Shown here: piece after piece, positions 19,086-28,996 of the stretch | How the letters are laid out: every line of letters begins with the position of its first letter | Numbering within the stretch: position 1 is the stretch's first letter | Source: Candidatus Woesearchaeota archaeon | GTDB taxonomy: Archaea > Nanobdellota > Nanobdellia > SCGC-AAA011-G17 > ARS1403 | Direction of reading: 5' to 3' | DNA length: 64,000 nt | Assembly (NCBI GenBank): GCA_016188065.1 | Contig: JACPIN010000001.1 | Coordinates: 17,661 to 81,660 of the forward strand | Notes under the pieces: model-generated | What the model was told of the DNA's origin: nothing | Database searches by the model: none | Seen by the model: the letters and a program-made list of their open reading frames with translations, nothing else | Program-made: the position numbers and the translations under genes

Positions 19086-19515
19086 TCACATAGCAATAAT
19101 GAAAAAATCCTGGAATTTAACAGAAAAAATACTAACAAGAGAAAAAACCATAGAATCGAGATGGTACAAAAACAAATATCCTCCCTGGAATAAAATCAAA
19201 CCTGGAGAAACAATTTACTTCAAAAATTCTGGAGAACCTGTTACAATAAAGACTGAAGTAGAAAAAGTTTTACAATTTTCAGATTTAAACAAAAACAAAG
19301 TCGAAGAAATATTAGAAAAGTATGGAGCAGAAGATGGAATTAAAAAAGAAAAGATTCAAGAATTTTTTAGTTTATTCAAAGATAAAAAATATTGTATTCT
19401 AATATATTTAAGAAATCCAGAAAAGATAATCCCTTTTGGAATAAACAAGAAAGGTTTCGGATTAATGTCCGCATGGTTGTGCGTAGATAATATTGAGAGG
19501 TTAAAAATAAATTAA
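19078..19515 (+). CDS. hypothetical small protein, possibly ASCH/PUA-like
   Basis: The start overlaps the gatA stop (ATGA). KTIESRW...KPGETIYFK weakly resembles an ASCH beta-barrel. Confidence 0.3.
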   Translation: MTDHIAIMKKSWNLTEKILTREKTIESRWYKNKYPPWNKIKPGETIYFKNSGEPVTIKTEVEKVLQFSDLNKNKVEEILEKYGAEDGIKKEKIQEFFSLFKDKKYCILIYLRNPEKIIPFGINKKGFGLMSAWLCVDNIERLKIN

Positions 19516-19519
19516 TAAA

Positions 19520-19568
19520 ATTTCAACTGACATACTTGCCATATACCCGCACAGGGTTTATAAACAAA
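19520..19568 (+). promoter_or_regulatory. conserved ~49-bp upstream element plus TATA (copy 1)
   Basis: ATTTCAACTGACATACTTGCCATATACCCGCACAGGGTTTATAAACAAAA is about 88% identical to 28997-29045. The TTTATAAA box sits about 25 nt upstream of the ATG at 19587. Confidence 0.55.
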
Positions 19569-19586
19569 AAATAATCAAAATTTAGC

Positions 19587-21629
19587 ATGAAATCGACAGA
19601 ATATATTACAGAAATAGACATAGGGGATATGCCTTACTTATCCAGGGGAATAAGAACTTATTTAGGATATGGACTTTTAGACACTAAAAAAATAGGGTTA
19701 TATCATGGTTTGGTTGGAAATTGGGAGTGCGGATCAAACCTTCCAAATAAAGAGAATTGGAATAGAATTAAACAATTGGTAAAATCCTCTGGAAAGTCTT
19801 ATGATGAGCTAATAGGATTAGGGAAGAAGAATTTTGGAGATTTGATAGGAGAGCTGTCAACAAAATCCAAAATACCAGAACAAATTTTTCTGAGATATGT
19901 AATATCAAAATGTCTCCATTTGAATTCGTCAAAAAAATTGGAAGACATTAAAAAAGGTAAGAGTAACTTATCAAAGAAAACAAAAAAGAAAGTATTAGAG
20001 ATATGGAAATATATTGAAGAGAATCAAGATAAAGATCCTAGGAGGATTATTATAGATTTACAAAGGAGATCAATTTTCTCGGATAGAAATCTTTTCTTAA
20101 AGATATTATTTTCAGGGTATATAAAGAGTCAAAAAAAAATCCTCGAAGATATCGGTATAAACTTCAGTAGTGGGTACATTAGTTCAATGTTTCATGATAG
20201 AAGACCCGTACCAAACATATTAATAAAAAAATTAAAAATGAATAATCCAAAAACAATATCAGAGATAGAAGAAAAAATAAATAGTAAAGATTCAAGAATT
20301 CATCAACAATGGCAGAGAGTGTCAAGATATAATTCAGTAATAGATTTACATTATAAGAACGAGGAATTTGAAGAAAAAGTTTTCAATATCATAGACAAGA
20401 TAGGGAAATACACAGTCAAAAATGGAATTGTTTCAGATAATGGTTTTAACTATATTGGAGAAGTGGATATAATCAGTAAAATAAATGGAAAAACAATTTT
20501 CTTTCTTTGCAAAAATACTAATAGTAGAAAATTAATTAACATAAAAAGGGATATAGTTAAGAAATCAATATTATTGCAGAAATACATTAATCCATATAAA
20601 ATTATTTTGGTTACCTCTTGCCTAGTAAGCAAAAAGGATTATTTTGAAAGAAACAAACTCTTAGTAATAGATAAGAAGAAACTATATAAGATACAAAATA
20701 ATCTAGAAGGCTTAGTTGAATTTGTTAAAAACAAAGGAAACTATCGCAGAACTAAAGAAAAAATAGATTTTGGAAGAGAAATCCCCACTATACTAAAAAA
20801 ATACAAATTATCCAAATACCAATTAGGCTCATTATTAAACATGAATGGAGGATATCTATCAAAAATTATCAAGACCGGCACAGAATTAAATAAAACAAGC
20901 AAACTAAAAAAGAGACTAGAAAAATTCCTTAAAGAATCAAAAAACAAAACAATAAGAGAGGTGCATCTATTATCAAACAGAAAGATACACCTAAAAAAGG
21001 AGGAATTTATTCTAAAGTATGTAAGGAAGAAACTAGGATTAAGTCAACAAAAGGTTTCAAAAGATCTAAAAACAAACCCTTCCAATATTGGAAATCTAGA
21101 AAGGGGCTTAGTAAAGAGAATAAAATTCAAACATACATATATACAATATTTAAAGTCGTTTAATAGTTATAATAAACTCAAAAAACAAGGAGAAAAAGAA
21201 TTTGTAAATTATAAGAAAAAATGGAATCACTTACCGAAATCTGGAAAAATAACAAAGATAAGGGACGAGCCAGTAAGAGGAAGAGAATTAGAAGAATTTA
21301 CAACAAAAATATTAGAAAATAACGGATTTTTTGTAATTAGGAACGTAGTTGTTACAAATAAAGACTTAACACTAAAACAAGAAATAGATATTTATGCAAA
21401 AAGAAAAAATAGGGAAATCGTTATAGAATGCAAAGATACTAAGATGTCAACAAAATGGCAAGATATTTCATATATCCTTAAAGATATAAAAACAGAAGTT
21501 CCTATTGATGAGGTAATATATTTGTCTCCACACATAACAAAACTAGGAAAAGATATACTTAAAGAGATAGGAATCATAGGATTAACCACGAAAGAATTAA
21601 AGAACTATTTGTGTGGTGGATCGTCATGA
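19587..21629 (+). CDS. large Lys-rich protein with HTH motifs and a C-terminal PD-(D/E)xK nuclease-like domain
   Basis: 680 aa. XRE-like HTH segments (LSKYQLGSLLNMNGGYLSKII; LGLSQQKVSKDLKTNPSNIGNLERG). The C-terminal ...EEFTTKILENNGFFV...QEIDIYAK...IVIECKD is a D...ExK core of restriction-endonuclease-like fold. Confidence 0.45.
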   Translation: MKSTEYITEIDIGDMPYLSRGIRTYLGYGLLDTKKIGLYHGLVGNWECGSNLPNKENWNRIKQLVKSSGKSYDELIGLGKKNFGDLIGELSTKSKIPEQIFLRYVISKCLHLNSSKKLEDIKKGKSNLSKKTKKKVLEIWKYIEENQDKDPRRIIIDLQRRSIFSDRNLFLKILFSGYIKSQKKILEDIGINFSSGYISSMFHDRRPVPNILIKKLKMNNPKTISEIEEKINSKDSRIHQQWQRVSRYNSVIDLHYKNEEFEEKVFNIIDKIGKYTVKNGIVSDNGFNYIGEVDIISKINGKTIFFLCKNTNSRKLINIKRDIVKKSILLQKYINPYKIILVTSCLVSKKDYFERNKLLVIDKKKLYKIQNNLEGLVEFVKNKGNYRRTKEKIDFGREIPTILKKYKLSKYQLGSLLNMNGGYLSKIIKTGTELNKTSKLKKRLEKFLKESKNKTIREVHLLSNRKIHLKKEEFILKYVRKKLGLSQQKVSKDLKTNPSNIGNLERGLVKRIKFKHTYIQYLKSFNSYNKLKKQGEKEFVNYKKKWNHLPKSGKITKIRDEPVRGRELEEFTTKILENNGFFVIRNVVVTNKDLTLKQEIDIYAKRKNREIVIECKDTKMSTKWQDISYILKDIKTEVPIDEVIYLSPHITKLGKDILKEIGIIGLTTKELKNYLCGGSS

Positions 21630-22987
21630 AGATAGGAATAGAGGCGCATATCCAGCTCTCAACTCTCAGTAAAATCTTTTGTTCTTGTCCAACATCTGGC
21701 TCAGAAAATCCAAATACTCTCACTTGTCCTACATGTTTGGGATTACCAGGTTCAAAGCCAGTTTTAAATAAAGAAGCGCTACATCAAGCAATAAAAGTAG
21801 CTCTCGCTTTAAATTGCTCAATGCCAACAGAAACTTTTTTCTCTCGTAAGAACTACTTTTTCCCAGATTTACCAAAGTCATATCAAATCTCCCAGTATGA
21901 AATCCCGATAGGGATAAATGGAAAATTAGAGAATATAAGAATGAGAAGGATTCATTTAGAAGAAGATCCAGGAGCATTAATTCATAAAGGCAACACAACT
22001 TTAATCGACTATAACAGATCAGGGATTCCTTTAATAGAAATTGTAACAGAGCCAGATTTTAAATCTCCCAATGAAGTTCGTTTGTTTCTAAGAAAATTAA
22101 TCACAATTCTAGAATATTTAAGCATCTACACCAGAAAGTCAGAAGCCACTATGAAAGCAGATGCAAATATCTCGACAACAGGAGAAAAAGTAGAAATAAA
22201 AAACATAACAGGGCTAAAGGAAATTGAACGCGCTTTGGAATATGAAGCAGCAAGGCAGAAAAAAGAGCCAGCTGAACAGCAAGAAACTCGCGGCTGGAAT
22301 TCAGAAAAAGGAATCACTTTTCTACAAAGAACAAAAGAGGAAGAAAGTGATTATGGGTATATCTTCGATTCTGATTTGCCAAAGATAGAAATTTCAAAAA
22401 GTCTACAAGAAGAAATTAAGAAACAAATTCCAGAATTATTTTTAGAAAAAGTTTCAAGATTCAAAACGCAATATAAGCTGCAGGCAGAGGATGCAGAAAC
22501 ATTGGCAGCAGAAAAAGAACTAGCAGAATTATTCGAGCAAGTAGCAACAAATATAGATCCTTTATTAGCAGCAAAATGGCTTAGAAGAGATTTGATGAAA
22601 GTTCTGCATTACAATAAAAAAGAATTGAAAGAAATAAAAATAGATGCCATGCACATTATCGAATTATTAACATTAGTAAAAGAAAGAAAAATAAATGATG
22701 CAACCGCAAAAGAGCTTCTAATAAAATTAATTGAAAAGCCATTCTCTCCAAGAGAGCAGGTAAAAAAACATAGTTTAGAAATGCTTTCTTCAGAAACAGA
22801 AATAGAAGATATGTGTAAAGAAGTAATAAAAAATAATAAAAGTGTTGTAGAAGATTACAAAAAAGGAAAGCAGGAAGCACTGCATTATTTAATCGGACAG
22901 GTTATGCGCTTGTCAAAAGGAAAGGCAGATCCAAAAGAAACAGAAAAAATATTGAAGAGATTATTGCAAAAAACTGTAGTATCCTAA
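21611..22987 (+). CDS. gatB: Asp/Glu-tRNA amidotransferase subunit B
   Basis: MKIGIEAHIQLSTLSKIFCSCPT is a GatB N-terminus, followed by the cradle domain and a YqeY-like tail. 458 aa. Confidence 0.9.
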   Translation: MWWIVMKIGIEAHIQLSTLSKIFCSCPTSGSENPNTLTCPTCLGLPGSKPVLNKEALHQAIKVALALNCSMPTETFFSRKNYFFPDLPKSYQISQYEIPIGINGKLENIRMRRIHLEEDPGALIHKGNTTLIDYNRSGIPLIEIVTEPDFKSPNEVRLFLRKLITILEYLSIYTRKSEATMKADANISTTGEKVEIKNITGLKEIERALEYEAARQKKEPAEQQETRGWNSEKGITFLQRTKEEESDYGYIFDSDLPKIEISKSLQEEIKKQIPELFLEKVSRFKTQYKLQAEDAETLAAEKELAELFEQVATNIDPLLAAKWLRRDLMKVLHYNKKELKEIKIDAMHIIELLTLVKERKINDATAKELLIKLIEKPFSPREQVKKHSLEMLSSETEIEDMCKEVIKNNKSVVEDYKKGKQEALHYLIGQVMRLSKGKADPKETEKILKRLLQKTVVS

Positions 22988-22989
22988 AT

Positions 22990-23433
22990 TCATTTATATT
23001 TGGGCTTTAATTCATTTAACAGCCTTTTAACTCTTTGAATGAATTCTTCTGCAATTGATAAATTATGCTCAGCAATGTCTTTAGAGTATACGTAGTGATA
23101 ATCTGCATCTTCTCTTGATGACATCGCCGCATTAAAGTCATTAATAAATCTCATCTCAAGTTTTCCTTTTTTATTTAATTCTTCTAAAACAACCCTCACA
23201 GCAAAATGCCTTTTTTCTCTATAGCCGAGTTCAAATAAAACCGCCCTTGCAGCATGAAAAAGGGAATAATAAGATTTGACAATGCCCCACTTAAAGTCCC
23301 CTTCTTCAAATGCCTTTTTTGCACTTTCCAGGTCATAATAGGCTTCATTTATCTCTTTCTGAACAAGTTTCTCATCGACATTAATCTTTTGCAGGATCCC
23401 TTTCTCCAAACAATCATTTATGTCCATCAGCAC
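22990..23433 (-). CDS. HEPN-domain protein (partner of the upstream nucleotidyltransferase)
   Basis: 147 aa helical protein with the ...ELGYREKRHFA region (R-x-H-like HEPN motif). It overlaps the MNT gene. Confidence 0.5.
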   Translation of the reverse strand: MLMDINDCLEKGILQKINVDEKLVQKEINEAYYDLESAKKAFEEGDFKWGIVKSYYSLFHAARAVLFELGYREKRHFAVRVVLEELNKKGKLEMRFINDFNAAMSSREDADYHYVYSKDIAEHNLSIAEEFIQRVKRLLNELKPKYK

Positions 23434-23975
23434 AGCCTTATTTTATCTTTTTCAACCCTTTCATAAAAAGCGGCATCCTTTTTTGAGAACTGAGACCATT
23501 CCAGTGGTGTAAAAGAAATAAATTTTATTTCTCTCCCTATTTGCCTCGATATCCTATCAAGATCAGGAAAAATTTGCTCCTTTTTTATTTTCCCGATTAT
23601 TAACAAGTCGATATCACTGCTTTCCACATCATCTCCTCTTGACGAGCTTCCATAGAGATAAATCTCAATGCCATATTTATTTCCCAAGAGATTAATCTTA
23701 TTCAGAATTAACAGGTTATCCAGAACTTTAAACTGTTTAACTATAGAATTATTTTTATTAAGCTGATAAATCTTATTTAATCCTATTTTCTCCATTGTTA
23801 TTAAATTTTCCTTCAAAAGAAACCTCAGATATTTTGTCAGAGTGGCTTTGGCTATTTTAACACTCTTCTTCAAATTTGTATATGAAATCTGGCTTCTCGG
23901 ATTCCTAATAAAGTATTTCAGAACCCTAAGTAACGCTCTATTTCCAAGTTCATCTAATTGAACCATATGTATCAA
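23427..23975 (-). CDS. wHTH-fused minimal nucleotidyltransferase (MNT)
   Basis: An N-terminal winged helix is followed by the NTase motif YLYGSSSRGDDVESSDIDLLI (GS...DxD). Confidence 0.65.
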   Translation of the reverse strand: MIHMVQLDELGNRALLRVLKYFIRNPRSQISYTNLKKSVKIAKATLTKYLRFLLKENLITMEKIGLNKIYQLNKNNSIVKQFKVLDNLLILNKINLLGNKYGIEIYLYGSSSRGDDVESSDIDLLIIGKIKKEQIFPDLDRISRQIGREIKFISFTPLEWSQFSKKDAAFYERVEKDKIRLC

Positions 23976-24060
23976 TTAGTTGATAATAGGGATACTTATT
24001 TAAACCTTTTGGTTCAAATTATTAGAACAAGATTTAACTTAATAATATAAGTTTTACAAA

Positions 24061-26952
24061 TCACTCTAATCTTTTCAATTCCTCTTTTAATCTCTCTTTC
24101 TCTTCTCCTTTAGCATTTAAATATTTCTGCGCCAGCTCCAAAAATTTATTATAAGAATTCTTCTCAAGTATAACAACTATCTCATCTCTAACGCATTTAT
24201 TCGGATCTTGGCTAGAAGTTCTAAATCCGAATGGGCAACAAATCTCAGGCTTGTTTACTAAAACACAATTAAATCTGCTTGAGCTTCCAGTAGTAGTATC
24301 TTGAACAACATTCCCTGTAACATCTGTGAAACCAACATCCCAAACTGTGCTTCCAGTAACAGCAGGAATTTCAGAACTGCTTTTAACACCTGAAACAGCC
24401 AACACAGAATCCTTGCTAATCTTTTTTCCTTTATATTCAAACACAACAGGAAGATTAACACCGCTTCCCTTTCCAGCATTTACCTTAACATTAAATTCAA
24501 CCTCGCATTTCTCTCCATACCCCAAATTCTTGCAAGCTTTACTTTTCTCTTTAGCATCCAAGCATTTCTTACAATCCTTCCCGCCACAATCGACATATTC
24601 TTCATCCTTATTTTGTGTTCCATCCTCGCAATGATTAGGCTCAGTAAAAATATTCTTAACAGTTTCTACTATTCTCTCAACAGCAGTTTTCTCCTCTGGC
24701 TTTTTATCGCCGCAAGTTTGCCCCTGCTCAATATTTCCGTAGACACAATTGTTCAAGCAATTACACCCGTCAACATCATCGCATTTTACATTGCAGTTAT
24801 TTAAGCTGCTTTTTGCACCATCGCCTAGAACCTCACTACATACATCTCTTCCAAATTCAAGTGCAAACATAAAGAAATCCTCTAAGTCTATTTTTCCACT
24901 ACCATCCAAATCAAATTTCTCAGTTTCATTATTTATTCCCTTGCCAAATTCATTTGCAAACAAGAAATAATCATCCATATCCACCTTCCTGTTTTTGCTA
25001 AAGTCTACTCTCTTATTCGGTGTACATTCAAGAACATCAGAAGTCTTGGCTAAAGCTCCAGAAGTAACTTTAGTGGCTCTACATTTACTTCCCTTGCCAA
25101 ATTCGTCTGTAAAAATAAAAAAATCATTAAAGTTAATCTCATTGTTGGAATCCATATCATACTTTTTTGTCTCTGCAACAGTAGGTTTCCCAAAATTTTC
25201 TTTAAACAAATTAAAGTCGCCCATATCAAAACAATCGTTATTATCAAAGTCACCTTTTAAAGTTGGGCGAGGAGGTTCTGCAGGTTTTGTAGGCTGCTCT
25301 ACTCGTTTAACTGAACTGCATTTAACTATCAACCTTCCTTTCTTATCAATTCCAGGACAAGGATCTGGTTTGCAGACATTGTTATCGAAATAATATTCAA
25401 CTTCTTTCTCTCCTACCCCCCCATCTATAATTCCGCTTCCTGCTCTTTGAATCTTCTCAACTGAACAAGAAGATTTTCTGACATTATCAGCAGGATCCTG
25501 AGGACAATAATAATAAGACTGAATTTTTTCAATTACACTGCCTGCAGGGCAATTAAATTTTGCACGTCTGTTTCCTTCCATAGCATCTTTAGCCGAAAGA
25601 AACCCACCATCAGGAGTTGTTTCTATCTTTTCATTTACACCTAGATAAAGACCAGCGAAAATAAAAAAATCTTCAAAATCAATATCCCTATCTCTATCCA
25701 AATCAAACTTAGCATTTTCCTGCACTACTTGCTTTGCAAAATTCTGAGAAAATAATTTAAAATCTTCAACATTAACCACATTATTATTGTCAAAATCAGC
25801 ACCGACTTTCGGATATTCAATCCCGCACTTTGCAATTAACTTTCCCTTCTTCACAAATCCTGGACAAGGATCTCCGCATATTTCATTGCTAAAGGTATAT
25901 CTTACTGAGAGACTTCCTTTTCCACCGACATTTAACCCCAACCCGCCATAAGTGTTAAGGGGGCAAAATTTAGATTTCCCCAATAAAGCAGCATTGTTAT
26001 CTCCACTTTTATCCCTATCAGATCTATCTTCAACATTCAAACAGTAATAATAGGCTTGCAATTCAGTAATAATTTTCCCAGAAGGACAAAAAACATCAGC
26101 ATCATAATTTCTATCAGCAATACCACTTTCAACGACGTCACCCCCAGTTAGCAGAACAATAGGTTCATCCTTTTTAGGCAGAGGAAGAGTTTCAATAGTT
26201 GGACATACTTGATATTTAATTTCCTCAAGGTTAAAGGGGTTGCATTTATTCACATCTTTACAGCTTCTAGATTGGACAATTCCTGGTTTACATTCACTCC
26301 ATACCCCACAATCTGTAAATTTGGGAACGCAACATCCAGTCACTGTGCATATACCAGACAAAAGACAAGGATCACTACCGGTTTTCCAACATTTCTTATC
26401 CTGTCCAAGTTGAGAGCAAGCAAGATCACCGCCTGTTTCTCTAACAGGATAATTACAAACTCCTCTTCCAAAATCCATGCTTGGAGACACTAATCCAATG
26501 CTACTTCCAGTACACCAACCACCAAAATCACCACAACTTGGAATCTTAGATGGAACAGGTTTAGTAGAAGATAGTGATTCCTGCGAAGGGAGGGTTGGCG
26601 GAGGAGAAGTTGTTTGAGTGCTTTCAGATTTTACACATCCAGTAGCAGTACATTTTTCATTTTCTCCACATGGTCTTCCCACTGTAGCCCAACATCTTCT
26701 TTGATCATTCTTAGGAATAGTTCTTTTTGCACAGGCCTCAGAGTCATCTTTGACTTCTTGTTTATAATAACAATATCCTCCTCGAAGATAAAGTTGTGTC
26801 TGCCCGCCATTGTCATGTATAGAACAATATTCGTCCTCTTCAAACTCGCAATTAGTTCCAGCTCCTACATTAACAGAAAAATACACACTAACTAAAAACA
26901 AAATAATTAGACTAAAACAAATTCTCTTTCCATAAAATTTTCTATTTATCAT
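24061..26952 (-). CDS. secreted Cys-rich protein with at least 3 dockerin-like double-repeat modules
   Basis: 963 aa with a signal peptide. Repeated modules of the form DFDNNNVVNVEDFKLF...FDLDRDRDIDFEDFFIF (dockerin Ca-binding loops). Repeated GDPCPG...KCG motifs. Confidence 0.6.
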   Translation of the reverse strand: MINRKFYGKRICFSLIILFLVSVYFSVNVGAGTNCEFEEDEYCSIHDNGGQTQLYLRGGYCYYKQEVKDDSEACAKRTIPKNDQRRCWATVGRPCGENEKCTATGCVKSESTQTTSPPPTLPSQESLSSTKPVPSKIPSCGDFGGWCTGSSIGLVSPSMDFGRGVCNYPVRETGGDLACSQLGQDKKCWKTGSDPCLLSGICTVTGCCVPKFTDCGVWSECKPGIVQSRSCKDVNKCNPFNLEEIKYQVCPTIETLPLPKKDEPIVLLTGGDVVESGIADRNYDADVFCPSGKIITELQAYYYCLNVEDRSDRDKSGDNNAALLGKSKFCPLNTYGGLGLNVGGKGSLSVRYTFSNEICGDPCPGFVKKGKLIAKCGIEYPKVGADFDNNNVVNVEDFKLFSQNFAKQVVQENAKFDLDRDRDIDFEDFFIFAGLYLGVNEKIETTPDGGFLSAKDAMEGNRRAKFNCPAGSVIEKIQSYYYCPQDPADNVRKSSCSVEKIQRAGSGIIDGGVGEKEVEYYFDNNVCKPDPCPGIDKKGRLIVKCSSVKRVEQPTKPAEPPRPTLKGDFDNNDCFDMGDFNLFKENFGKPTVAETKKYDMDSNNEINFNDFFIFTDEFGKGSKCRATKVTSGALAKTSDVLECTPNKRVDFSKNRKVDMDDYFLFANEFGKGINNETEKFDLDGSGKIDLEDFFMFALEFGRDVCSEVLGDGAKSSLNNCNVKCDDVDGCNCLNNCVYGNIEQGQTCGDKKPEEKTAVERIVETVKNIFTEPNHCEDGTQNKDEEYVDCGGKDCKKCLDAKEKSKACKNLGYGEKCEVEFNVKVNAGKGSGVNLPVVFEYKGKKISKDSVLAVSGVKSSSEIPAVTGSTVWDVGFTDVTGNVVQDTTTGSSSRFNCVLVNKPEICCPFGFRTSSQDPNKCVRDEIVVILEKNSYNKFLELAQKYLNAKGEEKERLKEELKRLE

Positions 26953-28439
26953 CCTAAACTTACCTTAACATCTCCGCATCCATCTTTCTCAGAGCAAATA
27001 AAGCTAGCTTTAACAGTAACTTCCTCATTGCTATTAACATTTATCGCGCCTTCCGCATTATTTACAAAAACACTAGGCTCGCAAGAGCTGCTTGGAATTC
27101 TCTGCTTCTCCCAAACATTTCCACTCACACAAGCCTCTCTGCCATCACCGCATAACCCAGTTCTTCTAACCTCTCCAGGGATACAGCTGCATATGCTTTC
27201 ATCTATTTCACCATTGCAATTATCATCTATTTTATTAGCACAAAATTCGCCGCTATTTTTCAGCAAAGTTACCTGCTCAACTTGCTTTCCTGTACAAGCA
27301 CATCCCTGTAAATTTTCATCGATAACACCATTGCAGTTATTATCAACCCCATCGCAAATTTCTTTAGCATTAGGATTTATCTTTCCATTGAAATCATTGC
27401 AGTCATCCCCTCCAATTAATTTGCAGAAAGCCCTTTTATTATCTCTAAACCCATCTCCATCAGCATCGCAGGTTGCAGTGCAGTCCAAATCTTTCCCATC
27501 GCAGTTCTCATCTATCCCATTATTATTATTAACATCAGGATTGCATCTCTCAGTAGCACTAGGATTTATCAAAGCATTATTATCATTGCAGTCAGTTCCG
27601 CCTTGAAAAGCATTTGAATCATATCCGTCTCTATCATTATCTAATTCTTGCCCAGTTTTTAAGCTGCATTCACAATATCCTGCAAAGAAAGTGCTTTTCA
27701 AATCCCCAAGCAATCCGGGAACTGCCATGTTAGCGCATATTTTATCAGGAATTATTTGAGAAGCACCGGCAAAAACACATCCTATTTTTTCAATAACGGT
27801 TTTTTCCTTAGGAATTTCACCGACAGGCTTTTCAGTTACCTTAACATCTTTCTGCAATTTCTCAGCTCCAGGCTTTACACACTCTCCTAATCTCCCTTTG
27901 CACTCAGCTAAATTTTCATTGGTGCAGCATATCTGCTCACTGCTCGGGCATCCGCAAAATCCAGGACCGGCACATCTTGGAACAATCTTTTGATTGCTGC
28001 AGAACAAGGGCTTGTCATTCGCATTATTCGTAAATTTAGAAACACATTCATTATTTTTAATAGCAGTCCCTTTATAATCACAGCTCAATAAATTCTCAAA
28101 GTTTAACACGAAATCTATCCGGTTAGGATTCTGGTTCACATCTCTAACAACAAAGTAATAATCTCCAGGCTCATGTATCTTCAGCGAATCAAAAGAAACT
28201 GGATCACAAACACCATTAGAATTACAGCTCAACAAAGAAGATGCTTTAAATTTTTCTATAGGATCAGCCCCGCCTTGATATTTCCCCTTGTAGAATTCAG
28301 CAGTTTTAGAAAAATCTCCTTTAATTGTAATTTGAATATTTCCTTTAGCAAGAACATATTGAATATTCAAAGTAGACTGGCTAAATGATGAAGAAGCTAT
28401 CAAGAGAAAAATTAAAATTAAAATTAACTTGCTGAGCAA
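26949..28439 (-). CDS. secreted Cys-rich protein with MopE-like putative metal-binding repeats
   Basis: 496 aa with a signal peptide. Repeats of DCNDxNxxINPxAxExCDGxDNxCxGxIDE type. Confidence 0.5.
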   Translation of the reverse strand: MLSKLILILIFLLIASSSFSQSTLNIQYVLAKGNIQITIKGDFSKTAEFYKGKYQGGADPIEKFKASSLLSCNSNGVCDPVSFDSLKIHEPGDYYFVVRDVNQNPNRIDFVLNFENLLSCDYKGTAIKNNECVSKFTNNANDKPLFCSNQKIVPRCAGPGFCGCPSSEQICCTNENLAECKGRLGECVKPGAEKLQKDVKVTEKPVGEIPKEKTVIEKIGCVFAGASQIIPDKICANMAVPGLLGDLKSTFFAGYCECSLKTGQELDNDRDGYDSNAFQGGTDCNDNNALINPSATERCNPDVNNNNGIDENCDGKDLDCTATCDADGDGFRDNKRAFCKLIGGDDCNDFNGKINPNAKEICDGVDNNCNGVIDENLQGCACTGKQVEQVTLLKNSGEFCANKIDDNCNGEIDESICSCIPGEVRRTGLCGDGREACVSGNVWEKQRIPSSSCEPSVFVNNAEGAINVNSNEEVTVKASFICSEKDGCGDVKVSLG

Positions 28440-28936
28440 TTTCTCACCTCTATTTTTTTCTTTTTGTCAACGCAAAATTGAAATCCCTCTCCAGATTTTA
28501 CTCTCGGAACAACTTCCAAAAATTGTATTGCTTTATATTTTGTAATATCCTCGCCTAATAAGCCTTTTGCTTCATAAGTCGGTCTTGATATGCCTATAGC
28601 CTTCACCTCATAAGCATTTAACCGAGTATCATATAAAAAACTTCCTACGCCCCAATCATTTTCATTGGGATGAAAAAACCTGACAGCAAACCCATCTTTG
28701 AAATCAATCTTTTTCTCATTCTTAACTTTTACAATTACTAATCCCCCTTCACAATAAGCATCTTCAATAAAGAACTTCACCTCATCGCAATTAGAAAACC
28801 CCTCAAAGACCTTTTGTCCTTTTTCAAATCCAGATTCAACTGTTTCTCTAGTTAAATTAAAAATAACAACAAGCATAGTAACAACAAACACAATTAATAA
28901 AACAGAAGCTATTAACGGAGAGATACCTCTTTTCAT
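28424..28936 (-). CDS. archaeal type IV pilin-like protein (class III signal peptide)
   Basis: The N-terminus MKRGISPLIASVLLIVFVV is a canonical (K/R)G(I)SP prepilin motif followed by a hydrophobic helix. 170 aa. Confidence 0.6.
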   Translation of the reverse strand: MKRGISPLIASVLLIVFVVTMLVVIFNLTRETVESGFEKGQKVFEGFSNCDEVKFFIEDAYCEGGLVIVKVKNEKKIDFKDGFAVRFFHPNENDWGVGSFLYDTRLNAYEVKAIGISRPTYEAKGLLGEDITKYKAIQFLEVVPRVKSGEGFQFCVDKKKKIEVRNCSAS

Positions 28937-28996
28937 ACAAACCTTTAAAAGATTAAAATATATAAAACTTTACAAGGGCCTATAGTACATAGTGCA

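Noticed and set aside
24258-28388. Multiple plus-strand ORFs (24326-24634, 24995-25393, 27028-27606 and others) inside the dockerin and MopE-like genes
   Set aside because: They are antisense shadows of long minus-strand genes, Ser/Leu/Pro-rich with no motifs.
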